Positions 49,620-60,779 of a DNA stretch of 64,000 bases are shown piece after piece; position 1 is the first letter of the stretch, and each line of letters starts with the position of its first letter. A program made the translations under genes and the position numbers. The DNA is from Guillardia theta CCMP2712 (taxonomy: Eukaryota > Protista > Cryptophyta), in the NCBI RefSeq assembly GCF_000315625.1, contig NW_005434586.1:168759-232758 (forward strand), given 5' to 3'. The notes under the pieces are model-generated. The model was not told the origin of the DNA. It saw nothing but the letters and a program-made list of their open reading frames with translations, and ran no database searches.

Positions 49620-50378
49620 GCGATGACGATGACGATGACGATGATGATGATTATGAGGAGGAGGAGGAGGAGGAGGAGGGGATTGAAAAGGAGATTGAGA
49701 GGATGAAATGTCTGAGCAGGTGCCGATGTACATGCAGCCACACGTATGAACGACACATGCCTCCACCTAGCCATCACCAAGAGGTCAGTGCGCATCAATG
49801 CAAGATTCTCCTTGACTCCAGCTCGCAGCGATAAACGAATGGTTGCAAGACTTTTGAGAATGGGAGCTTCGACTAATTCCAAGAATTCAGTCGACGACTC
49901 GGTAGGCCTCCCCCATCCCGAACCCTCCGCTTCCACCCTCATCCCCACTCCTCACCCTCACCTTCCCTTTCTATCTGATTCCTATGCAGCTCCTACACAC
50001 AGCATGCTCTATTGGGGACATCGGCGTAGTCCAGCTGCTGGTACTCTTGCTCTTGATTCTCATGCAGAGTTTTTATTTCCTCAAGGTTGAAAATGACGCG
50101 GAAGTCAACACGACGAACAACGACCAAGAAACTCCCTTGTCTCCTTCCCCTCTACCTGCCTCTCTTCTGACTGATCGGACAGACACTGGGCGTCAGCGGC
50201 CGGTCACATCACCATCGTTCGATTTCTTATCAAGGTGATATACCCCAGCTCTCAGCAGAGGGAAGCTGACTGTCACATTTTGCGTCAGTGCGGGGCGGAC
50301 ACGGAGGCAGAGAACGTCAACGGCAAGACGCCGCGAGATCTTGTAAGCGATATCGAGACTCTGAAAGAGTTCGGGTGA
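47987..50378 (+). CDS. Ankyrin-repeat protein (~10 repeats), putative N-myristoylated
   Basis: Starts MGAEQS. Repeated xPLH/PVH/PIH-W-A motifs across ~13 GT-AG introns that splice in frame; stop TGA at 50376-50378. Confidence 0.9.
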
Positions 50379-50396
50379 AAGAATAGATTGACAAGC

Positions 50397-51658
50397 TCAG
50401 ATTTCTTTGACGACCCTCGGCGTGTGTCCCTTGTCCCACAACGTGGGGACTGAGGACTTCCGCCCCTTGTCCATGGTGTCGATGCTGCTCAGGAAGTGAG
50501 ACTTCGAACTCAGAGGACACCAGAAGCTATTCATGATACCTGTCATTCCTCTTGCCGTTGGGCGCCTTCACCTTGTCAAACTGCAAGGCCGCGATCAGTG
50601 TCATGGCTGGTAGGTTAGGGAGTGAGACCGAGTCTTGCTCGAGCTCCGGTTCTCGCTCCATCGCATCGACACAGATGCAGGTCAGAAGAACCAGGGCAAC
50701 ATCAACATTTGCTGCAATCTTATTTGCAGAGTTACACGTTGCTGTTCTACATCAGTTTGTCACCTGCACAAGCAATCTCCATCCTGTCCCCTTGGAGCTA
50801 CAAAAGTGTGAGAGGGAGGAAAGGAAGCTGAGCTCAACAACACATTGCGACTCACCTGTCCTGAAAATCTGCTGTCCTCTCCATCGTTGCAAACACGTCC
50901 TCGCTGTCATAAAGAAGGAAGCTGCAGTGCACCTAGTCAGCAAGAGGAAGTCTCCACCCCTCCCACACCTCATGCTCATGTTGTCATAATCTCCTTCCAA
51001 TACAACGTCAGGCACAACTTCCTCGAGGATCAGTTGCCCATAGTCTTCTGGAGGGTATGGAGGAGAGAACACTCGGATGCAGTACTGGTTGGTTCGCACG
51101 CACTTGTACACAAGCGCCCGCAGCTCGCGTGAAACTACAATCTTCCAAGTGATCTGCGTTGTGCAAGGACTGTGAGAAGAATACGAAGGGCACACAAACA
51201 TCACCTCGTCTATCCTCATGAGAGTTGCATGTACAGAATCTGTGTTGAGAATCAGATGTTTAACTCCAGTCTCCTATTAACAGGCAAGATGTCAGATCCG
51301 GACATAGAGTAGTGAACAGGAAAGAACCTTTGCATTCGGACCTTCCATACGGAACCACGTGTTGTTTGCCATGTCTCTAATCCGATGACTTGATCTGATT
51401 GCAAAAAAGTCAAAAACCTTTGCTCCACTTGAGCAAGCAGAAGATACTTCGAGTAGAAGATCATACTTCTTATCAGGAAACTTTCTTGCTGATCCGATCG
51501 GAAAGTGACATACTGAACCATCAAGTCATTCTTTTCCCTGCACTTGCTGTCTTTACCTGGTTGCCAAGGACGTCCAATGATATCGAAGGGCTCTGAGAAG
51601 CATCATTCCCTCCAGCATTTTGCGATCGTTTACAACAACAGCTTTCCGTTTGACCCAT
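50397..51658 (-). CDS. LURP-one-related / tubby-scramblase-fold protein, putatively dually acylated
   Basis: Starts MGQTESCCC. Spliced LEGDYDNMSMSFLLYDSEDVFATMER and IAANVDVALVLLTCICVDAME resemble the LOR/Tub_2 C-terminus. Confidence 0.6.
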
Positions 51659-52570
51659 CGTGACGCTCCTACAGCAAACGACAGGCTTTATGAAAGCATC
51701 GAGAGCATATCATCGTTGAAACGATTGTGAAGATAGCATAGCAGTGACGACAACATACCTCGTCAATCTCCCGGCGCGAACTGCGTCAGAAACGCTGCTC
51801 CTTCACGTAACAACAAACTCTCCAGGGGGCTCTGGGATTCGGGCAAGGATAGCCAGCTTCGAGACGAGGGAGGAAAGAGTCAAGTCCTTGATCTCGGGTT
51901 CCTCAGCTCCTCTGCCTCACTGTGGACGACAAGAACAGGAGCTGGCAAGGCTACTGCCCTCCCCACCAGAATCCGATGCTGTCGATCAAGCCCTCCCCCA
52001 ATCCTACGACTGTAAGGCCAATCACCAGTTTACGTCGGTCACAGCAGAGAGAAATGGAGAGGAGGGAGAGGACGAAGTAGAGGATGAGGAGGAGCGGTTT
52101 GATCCTCCGCCAGGAGCTCGGCACGCGCCCGTCGAGCGGTAGGGGGAGGAGAGGGGGAAGAGAGAGGGAGTAGGGGACTTTGGGTCGAGGGATACGGAGC
52201 CAAGACCCCGGTTCATCTTCGACCCTACCCCCTGCTCTGTTCCACCCCCTGGTCTCCCCAGCATTGCAGGGGTCAATAGTCTTAATTCACGGGTCCGTGT
52301 ACTTTCTTTGGCGTGCCATCAAAAGTGACCCCACCCATCTTGTTAACATTAACTTCAGGTAGATGGGAGGGGTACTACCTCGGCATCATGGTTTACCTCG
52401 GCATCACGATTGTCACATGGCGGTAGGGCCGCAGGGCCAAATGAAACTAATCAACTTGTTCAAGTTTCGCTGCCTTTTCTTTTCTCATAGGCTCTATCTG
52501 AGGCGGAGTTGTTGAGTACCTAGCTCGCTACTGGCAGTGACGGTGACTGAACTTGTAGTTGATTTGAGTC

Positions 52571-52660
52571 AACTTTGAGTAAAGAAGTCGGAATGGCCAC
52601 AAATTCCGAAGTTCAGTCTTTACTCAAAGTTAAGTTAAAAATTAACGGACAGTAACAATC
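52571..52660. repeat. Nested hairpin formed by two inverted copies of the TTTACTCAAAGTT element
   Basis: aactttgagtaaaga (52571-52585) pairs perfectly with tctttactcaaagtt (52617-52631). Inner stem tcggaat/attccga. Confidence 0.8.
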
Positions 52661-53375
52661 ACCACGCCGTGACGGTCCGATCCGGCCCCTGCGCCGTACC
52701 GTGACGGTCAACTTCGCCGGAGTCGGCGGGCCGGGCTGAGTCCGAGCCGTCGCCGCCGCCGATTGAGCGGCCTTTTCAAGTTTTGTTTTTCTTCAGTGTC
52801 AATGAGGGCCCCGACGCTCCGGGTGCCGCCGTAGGCTGTGCCTGCCGCAGCTGACTCAGCTCGGAAGTTTGAATCAGCCGTATCAACTTTCGGCCCGGTG
52901 CTACTGATTGGGCCCGGCGACTACCGTAGGCTAGTTGACCAGCGGCTGCCACCGACGGGAGTAGCCGGGGGCCGTGACTCGGACGGCCCGGCCCGGGGCC
53001 GCGGCCGGCGGGCCCGGCCGGGCGTTCCGACGGTGATCCGAGCGGACCGGGCGGGGCGGCCCCGGCCCCCTGCGCATGATCCTCCCCCGGTTGACTCAGT
53101 GAGACGGTTGTCCGTCTGTCTGTCTGTACGTTATGAACCGTACTGTACGGTAGCCACGGTACAGGGTTCAAGTCGACACTGTTGCGCGGCCGGCCCCCCC
53201 CGCCGCGGAACTCAGGCGGATCCGGATGGGACTCCCAAAGTCCGGCCCGCCGGCCCCGGGCCCGCCGGGCGGCCGCACGGTGGTCACTGTGCCGGCCCCG
53301 GGTCGGTCCGGCGGTACTGCGGTACCGCAGTGCGGCCCGTCAGGCCCCCGCCGTGGCCCGGCGGCAGCCTGAGGT
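52660..53375. promoter_or_regulatory. GC/CCGG-rich intergenic island between divergent genes
   Basis: Same composition and GACTC/TGACTCAG words as the 26.4 kb and 56.1 kb islands. Confidence 0.45.
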
Positions 53376-53925
53376 GAGAGGATGATGAAGAAGGGTAGGG
53401 TGGTTCTTGTACAAATGATGCTTACAGATGGGGTGGGGTATCATCAAGCAAGCAGAGGGGTTGGTTCGCCATTGCGCTAGTCGGAGAGCGGGAGCTTCGG
53501 GCTCTGCACCTTGACCTTTGCTGAGGCTTCATACCATCAGCGACCTCAACCTCTTGGGTTGTCAAAAGACTCCATCCCCTCTGTCTGATAGCTTCTGATC
53601 TCTATCCTCACTCAAAGTTGAGAGGGAGGTTGGCAACACCTGAGCAACAGCGAAACACATGCAATGAGTGCTGACATTTGAACCATTCACAACTTCTTTG
53701 TTTGTGTGCCAGGAAGGACAAACTAAATCCTTTCTATAAGATCCACTCGTGCTCTCGTAGAGTGTGTGAGCTAACCTGTCATCGATTAACATATCCCCTG
53801 AACAACACCTCAGTCTTTTCACCGGTCCAAGAAAACGATGTCCAAAGAAGGCAAAGAGTAATGTCCTGTGAACTTCGATTGCTCTCAGCTTGATTTCGGA
53901 AATTGCATTGAACACAATCCACAAG

Positions 53926-56072
53926 ATGAACGGCAGCGGCAACCTTGGAAGACAGAACCCCCCTGGAGCGAAAAATTTTGGTAACTTGCAGCCTCCCAGA
54001 AATCCATTGCCCCAAGTGACACCACTGGATGTGACATCCAATCTCCCACAGCCGGAGGCAAACGGCTACCCTCCAGTTGTACCGGCTGATGCTGTGCCGG
54101 CTGCTGTTTTTGTACCTCCTGTTGTGCACGTTGTTGGGCAAGCCCCTAAGGAGATTCAAAATGCCCCAAGAGATCCGAGGAGCAATCCCCAGGCTGTTCA
54201 GCGAAGCAGGGATCCGCGCTTGAACGTGTCGACAGATCGGTCTCTTCCTGCTCCTGGCTCAAACTCACCTCGCTTTGATGGAAGGGAAAAGTCGCAGCCT
54301 TCGAAGCTTCATGTCAGGACAACCCAACAGTCTCCAACATCAAGTCCCAGGTTTCCTCAAGCCTACGCGCAACCTTCGCCTCTGCTCGCAAGTTCTCCAA
54401 GCATGCTTGGTCATGTACCTGGCTTTCCTCGCCCAGGAGAGGAGCATCGGACGCAACCGTTACCAAGACTAACGCACGACTCGTCGTTTGAAGCTTTTCT
54501 CAATGGCCAGAAGCGCAGAAAAGTTGTTGAGAAGACCTTCCATCGACTTTGTTGCTCTCCAGAGTTCATCGAACTCATAAGAGTGCTGAAGGAGTTGAAG
54601 GCAGCGACCATTAGCCTCCATCAAGAAAACATCATGCAGATGAAGTACGGGCTGACGCGGGGAGACATCGACTTCGAGTACGAGACGCTCTTGTCTTTGA
54701 AAGAGAACCTTGCTCACAAGAGCATGGCGTGGGAATATAACTTAGCAAAAGCCTGGCAGATCATCGGTAACACTTGCTTGTGCTGCTATGTGACAGCGGC
54801 TGATTGCTGTGATCCTTCAGGCAAACCCTTAACTTCTCTCGATGTAGCCAACTATCCTGATGAAGATATTGTAAGCACTCTCAATGTGGCGAACACTTCG
54901 GAGGTGATCAAAGGTTTCGTGTTCCTCGGTGCCGGTGGCCAGAAGAATGAGGAGGTGGAGAAACCTATCATGGTCTCGGAGATGTCGAAACAGTTTAGAG
55001 AAAGGAAGATGATTCTCCAGAAGTGGTATGACGACAACAGGATAAGATACATATTGAATCTTGCAAGTAAGAGCAGCCCTTCTCCGATCCGTTGCACGTA
55101 CTTGACAATTGACTTCCAGAGGATGAGCAGGGAATGGAAAAGATGAAGTATCCCTTTGAGTATGAAGAGGTTATTGACGGACCTCTTCAGTAGCCCTCAT
55201 CTAACAAGTGAACGACTGAGCAGGTTGAGCCGGAGACCTCAAGACCGGATCTTAGGACCATGCGCATTGAAAATGACGATGACGACGATGAGACGATTCG
55301 AGTCCTCCGCTTACCTATGAAAGATACTAATGAGTACGATGTGGAGAATTCCTGGGAGCTCTTCGAGGCGGCAAGGTGAGACCCCGGCTAGCGCTAAGTG
55401 ACTTTGGATTTGATGATGAGCAAGGTTTCTGGAGAGAGCGTGGAGAAGGCACAAGAAGTTTCTCATGAGATCTTTGAATGAGGAAATCCAGGGGAAAAGC
55501 AGACGGGAAAATTCCCCCAACCGTCCTGTGATGGTGATGATTCACTGCTACGGCGGGATCAACAGGAAACCTAGATCGAGGGTTGTCGTGGGGGTCTGAC
55601 GGGCTCGCCTCAGGTCTCCCTTAGCTCTGATCTACTGGTTGCTTCGATTTTGTTCTCATCGCAGCGTCGACCAAGGTTTCTCTTGTTGCTCCCCCGCACG
55701 CGGCTGACCGAACTCCAGACAACGTCATCGAGCGAGTCAAGCACAGGAGGCGAACGGCATTCAGGGAGTACCAGGTGATAGCTTCCCCTACAGGACCCTC
55801 CTGACCCCCTCACCTTTCAGGAAAAAAATCGTGGGTTGGAGACGGTCTTGAAGGACAAGGAAATATGGATGAGCGGCGTGAAGACAAGAATCGAGAAAGA
55901 GATCGCCTGCGAAACAGAAGCTCTACCCTTTGAGAGACATGTGGAGGACTATCTCAACCTCAAGCGACGATACGCCTGTAGAATCTCCCATGGCTCTCTA
56001 GGGATATTCGCTGTGGACTGCGGTGGTTTGCCCGGCTCGCCGATCTTCAGTGACGAGGAGGACCAGACTTAA
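53926..56072 (+). CDS. Atypical dual-specificity protein phosphatase with Pro-rich N-terminus
   Basis: SEVIKGFVFLG, IRYILNL, LPMKD, VMIHCYGGINR|SPLALIYWLL, VKHRR in the expected DSP order. Confidence 0.85.
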
Positions 56073-56099
56073 CGGACACGGCTTTCTCTGCAGCCACTG

Positions 56100-56800
56100 T
56101 GAGGCTAGCCTCCCGGAACCTCGGCGGGTGCCGGCGGCGAGCTGGGACCGCCGGGGCTGGGCCGGGTACTTATCGCCGGCCCGAGACCGTCGGACCGGTC
56201 TGAGTTCCAAACATTAGGAACGGTTTCAAGTTTGCACTCAACGATGCCCTGGTGATCTGATCCCGGGCCCCGCAGGACGGTCCGCCGCCGGGCGGAATTC
56301 CCGGCCGGGTCGCCCGCGCGGCTGCAACTTGAACTTGGAACTTGAACTTGGCCGGAGCCTTGAGTGTCCGAGGTGGGCCACGGTAGTACGGTCACCGTGT
56401 GACGGCGGCCGGCCCGGGGCCCAGTGGAGTCACCGCGTGACTTGACTCCGTGCGGTGACGCCCGGCCGTCCGATCATCGAGTCGATAGCGCCAATGATCA
56501 TTCCGGGCTCGCCAGTGCCCGGCAGGGGGCCAAGGGGGGGGAGGGGGGGGCGGTCGCTGGCGGCTCCGACAGCCCGGCTCGGCGCGGCGCACGGAGTCCG
56601 ATGAAAAGTAATAAAGAGAACTGATGATGAGCCCGCTGACGACGGACTGGAGCTGACCGTGCCTCGCCGACGGTCGGGTGCAGGGCCGGGCGGGCCGCCG
56701 GCCGCCGGGTCGGGGCCGGGCCGATGGCGCCGGGCCGCATCATGGCATCGGATGCTAGCCCGGCCGTAGTAGAAGTACAGCGCGGCCCTCTGGGTGCCAA
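56100..56800. promoter_or_regulatory. GC/CCGG-rich intergenic island upstream of ARPC2
   Basis: GC-rich with GAGTC/GACTC words; includes short AACTTG repeats. Confidence 0.45.
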
Positions 56801-57230
56801 AAGATTCAAATCGATTCAATTCTGGTTCTGACCTGGTGACGACAGGTCAGAGCGACAATGCCGGGCTTGGGTGAACAAAGAGATGGAAGAGGAGAAGGAG
56901 AAGGGAAGAGGAGGAGGAGTGAAGGGAAGACAGGAGAAGACAAGAAGTAAAGAGAAGTCAAGAGGAAAGCGATGAAGAGAGGGATGGAGACGTTCGAAGA
57001 TGTTAGACTCAATGTGGAGGGAAATGGCAGAGGAGAGGAGAAAGGTGGAGATCGTAGACAGCTGGATGGGGGAATGCCAACGTGGAATGTGAGTTGCATA
57101 GTACAGGGAACATATGAGAAAGCGAGCTAAACAATGTCACAAACACAAGGAGGGCGAAAGGGTGTAAAGATAAGGCCAAGGAGCCTTGGGTTTGGCATGA
57201 GGTATCGAGAGAGTGAGTCAGTGGAGGCTG

Positions 57231-57360
57231 AAAAAAATGGAACGAAGTGAAGATTGAAGGAAAGAATGGAACGAAGTGAAGGGAAAAATGGAACGAAGTG
57301 AAGATTGAAGGAAAGAATGGAACGAAGTGAAGGAAAAAGGGAACGAAGTGAAGATTGAAT
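57231..57360 (+). repeat. Minisatellite of five GGAACGAAGTGAAG cores with alternating linkers (~51-bp higher-order unit)
   Basis: Direct inspection; lies in a probable 5'-UTR intron of ARPC2. Confidence 0.85.
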
Positions 57361-57434
57361 GGGCGAGCCATCTGATCTGATTGACATGATGTTTGTTGAA
57401 GCCAGCAGCTGACTCATGTTGTCTCTCAGATCTC

Positions 57435-58358
57435 ATGATTCTCTTAGACACCATCCACCCCAACATCAAGCAGGCCTTGATCGAGCGTATGGGGCCTGCC
57501 AGGGAGGAATTCCGACAGGCCAACCCCCTCGAGTACATGGTGGTCGATTTCGATGACGTGCAGTACTTCCTGAAAGCGTCGAGCGAGACTTTCACCATCT
57601 ACTGCTCGATGCTCAACTTCGACAAGTACGAGAACTTCGGGGTGAAGCAGCTGTTGGAAGAGAAGTACAACAAGTACGACATAGCGGTGTCGATGACGAA
57701 GCAGCTGCAGCACGATGCATCATACGATTTTAGCCTGACCTTTGACTTGTCCACGGATTATGGTAGCGAGAACGAGGCAGTTTGCGACAGCCTTGCTCGG
57801 GTCAAGTACACCGTCCTCTCTGCTCCCTTCTTTGATTACTTCGAAGCTGTGCGAGCTGGCAATGCGCCCGAGGTCAGGAGGATTCCCTACCGTGCTAGCG
57901 AGTCGATCTACATCAAGAAAGGAAAGGAGGATCAGATTATCGTCGTCTTTAGCGTCACCTTTGATGAGAAGAAGGACTGGTCGATTGCCGAAGTCTTTCT
58001 CCGAGAATTCTCTGATGTACGAAGAGAGCCCTCGTTGCAGAATGCTCCTGTCGCTTCCTTCTCACGAAACCCGCCGGGGGAGTTGGACGGCGTGAAGGTG
58101 GAGGAGGGAGAGGACGTTATCTACATCTCCTTCGTTCTCTTCAAGAAGCACTGGGACGGACCCAAAGCCGAGCAGAGCATAGGAGCAGTCTTGATGTTTC
58201 GAAACTACCTGCACTACCATGTGAAGGCTAGCAAGACTTTCATGCATATGAGGATGAGGAAGACGGTCGACAGCTTGATGGGAACTTTGAACCGGGCCAA
58301 GACTTCGGCAGAGGCTGCTGTGGAGAAGAAAACCTGGAGTGGAAGATCGTTGAATTGA
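57435..58358 (+). CDS. ARPC2: Arp2/3 complex subunit 2 (p34-Arc)
   Basis: MILL..., DFDDVQY, IPYR, VFLREF, PPGEL, FRNYLHYHVKASKTFMHMRMR...LNRAK, KKTWSGR. Confidence 0.96.
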   Translation: MILLDTIHPNIKQALIERMGPAREEFRQANPLEYMVVDFDDVQYFLKASSETFTIYCSMLNFDKYENFGVKQLLEEKYNKYDIAVSMTKQLQHDASYDFSLTFDLSTDYGSENEAVCDSLARVKYTVLSAPFFDYFEAVRAGNAPEVRRIPYRASESIYIKKGKEDQIIVVFSVTFDEKKDWSIAEVFLREFSDVRREPSLQNAPVASFSRNPPGELDGVKVEEGEDVIYISFVLFKKHWDGPKAEQSIGAVLMFRNYLHYHVKASKTFMHMRMRKTVDSLMGTLNRAKTSAEAAVEKKTWSGRSLN

Positions 58359-58654
58359 TAGAAAAAAGAGGATAGAAGGGAATGCAGTTGCTATGCTTGA
58401 AATTTGTCCTTGACTCTTTCTCTTCTTTGGACACTACCATTCTCGTCCAACTTGTTTGTACCGCTGAAACAACAAGGCCATGATCGGGCTAACATTGTGC
58501 TCAAGTTTAACGATGACAGAGCGAGAGACGAAAGAGCATGGTGCTTTAGAATCAAAATCTCCTCATCACAAAGAGACAGCCTCAACGTTTCACAAGAGCC
58601 TCCCTAGCTCGCTCCTCCATTCATAGCTCACTGGAGCATGATTATAGCCTCTCT

Positions 58655-60113
58655 CTAGTCCGAGTGCTTCTTAGGCATGGCCGCGACGCATCGCTGGCAG
58701 AACTTCTGGACAAGAGGATCCGGATGTTTGTCGAGATCTGCTCGAAGTGTCAGGGGAAGGAGGAAGACAACGTGGCGACAGGGTCAAACACCAGCAAGAG
58801 ATCGAGCTTCCAGGTTCTTGAGGCACTTCTCAACCCGCCTTGTGATGTGATGGTAGAGCGGCTTATCCACTTCCCTTGACTTCCACCTGCCTCCCCCTCA
58901 GACCACGTGAGCAGCACAGCAACAGACGCCCTCACTGCTTCATCGTTTCCTCCCACTTCTCCTGCGGAGCCTCGGTCGGGATCTTCCACAGAGGCCCGTG
59001 CTTCTTCTCGTGCTCCTCGATCAGATCGTCGAAGCTGCAGCTCTCCCCCACCCACACCTACCAGGACGAAGCCGCAGCCATCAACTCCACTTGCCCCCTC
59101 CACACCTTCCACATGCTCACCTTAACCTTGTTTCCTCGTCCGTAGTGCCGCGGGTCCCAGCTGATGACTAGGTTGTTGTACGTCCCTTTTTCCCAGCGGT
59201 TGTGCTGTGGGAGTACAGCAGTCATGCCGACGTGGTAGAAGGGGACGAAGACAGGTCGCTTGGGAAGATGAGCTATCAGCTTCCCTATCCCCCACTGCCT
59301 GCTAGTCAGCCATCCAACTACCCACTCCAATCCTTGACCTTCAGCAGCCCCTTCTCCTTCAGCTCAGCTTCGCTCCTCTTCCTGCCCCCTGATCAGCACA
59401 GACCTCATGATCTTACCGCTTCCTCACGTCACGGGGTCGATGCCAAGGATCCCAGACTGGACAACTCTTGCCTCGGGAAAGAGATGTATCCAGCGCCCTG
59501 CTGCGATCTGTCGACACACGTCGAAGAACAGCGGCTGGTCTATTCCTCCTCCTCGCCATATCGGAAGCACCTCCACCGTCCTCGTCAGCCTCCTCCTCCT
59601 CCTCCTCCATGTTGCTGGCTCACCTGCCCTGCTCCCATGAAAGCCTGCACTAAGGGGATGTTGGGGAAGGCGATCTCTTGGGTGGCAAGCGACCACCGCA
59701 TCCTCTTCGGGCTCATCGCCACGTCCATGGGGATAAGACAGGAGAGGAGGCCCGGGTCATCGAGCGAGGATGCATGATTCGATGCCGTGAGGAGCGAAAC
59801 TCCCTCCTGCCGCGACCTCATCTGCTGCATCAGGTAGGAGTAGTTCTCGTCCTTGACCACTTCCACTGTGTTTCTGACCCCGACGATGAACTTGAAAATG
59901 GAGACGACGAGGAACTGGATGATCCCACGAGCCACCAGAAGTCCGAGGGGGACATACTCTGCAGGCAGCTCGCGCAGCTTCGTGATGCCCACCTTCATCC
60001 CCTTGCTCCGGTAGTCAGGCAGAGGCCTGTAGTAGAAGGCGTGGTAACAAGCGTACGCGAGAAGAGAGCCAAGAAAGAAACATGATGTAGCAGAGAAACC
60101 AACCGCCCACATG
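58655..60113 (-). CDS. TAZ: Tafazzin-like phospholipid acyltransferase
   Basis: LLTASNHASSLDDP (HX4D), MRWSLAT, VLPIWRGGGIDQ, WIHLFPEARV, LK|WGIGKLI, PFYHVGM...LP. Confidence 0.92.
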
Positions 60114-60304
60114 ATGAAAGGATTCGAAGGTAAGAGTTCCGATGTAGACAACATTGTTTGCTCAGCGATCCTTTCTCAGGCCAGAGTCTTCAATGCAAAT
60201 CAATATTCAACTCCTGCGAATGAATATCAACAAGTCTGTCAACAACCATCCTTGGTTCCGCCACTCCCAACATATCATATTATCACAGCCTGCTCCTGCT
60301 CCTA

Positions 60305-60344
<40 letters not shown>

Positions 60345-60779
60345 GTCACCACTGACCTGCCATCAGGCGCCCGCTTTTCCCTTATACCCAGATCCACCTC
60401 CCCACTCATACCCTAGCGGTTATAAATTCTCTTCCAGAGTAACGGATATTATCGAAGAGGCGCGACATGCGGGGATACGCGCCGCTGATGGGTAAGGGAG
60501 GAGGGAGAGGCGATGGAAGGAGAGTAGGGGAGAGAAGGATCGAAGAGAAAGTTCAGCAGACTATGTTGGGGGGATGTGAGAAGGACGAGCAGGGGTCGGA
60601 GAAGACAGCGCAGTGGAGAAGTCTGCAGTGGAACATACGAATCTAGGCATGTATGTTAGGTATAGGTAGGGATAGATTTGTTGCAGGCTAGATGAAAGGA
60701 TAGGAGGAGGGGAAGGGTAAGTATAAGAGAGGAGAGGACATGTGTTGAGCATAGCGATTCTTAATGAACCTGACCTGCA

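Noticed and set aside
52776-53385. G/P/R/A-rich ORFs in GC islands (also 26217-26686, 56105-56819)
   Set aside because: Stop-poor by composition only; no coding signature.
57231-57360. CRISPR-like repeat-spacer pattern
   Set aside because: Linkers are short and themselves repeated; this is a minisatellite.
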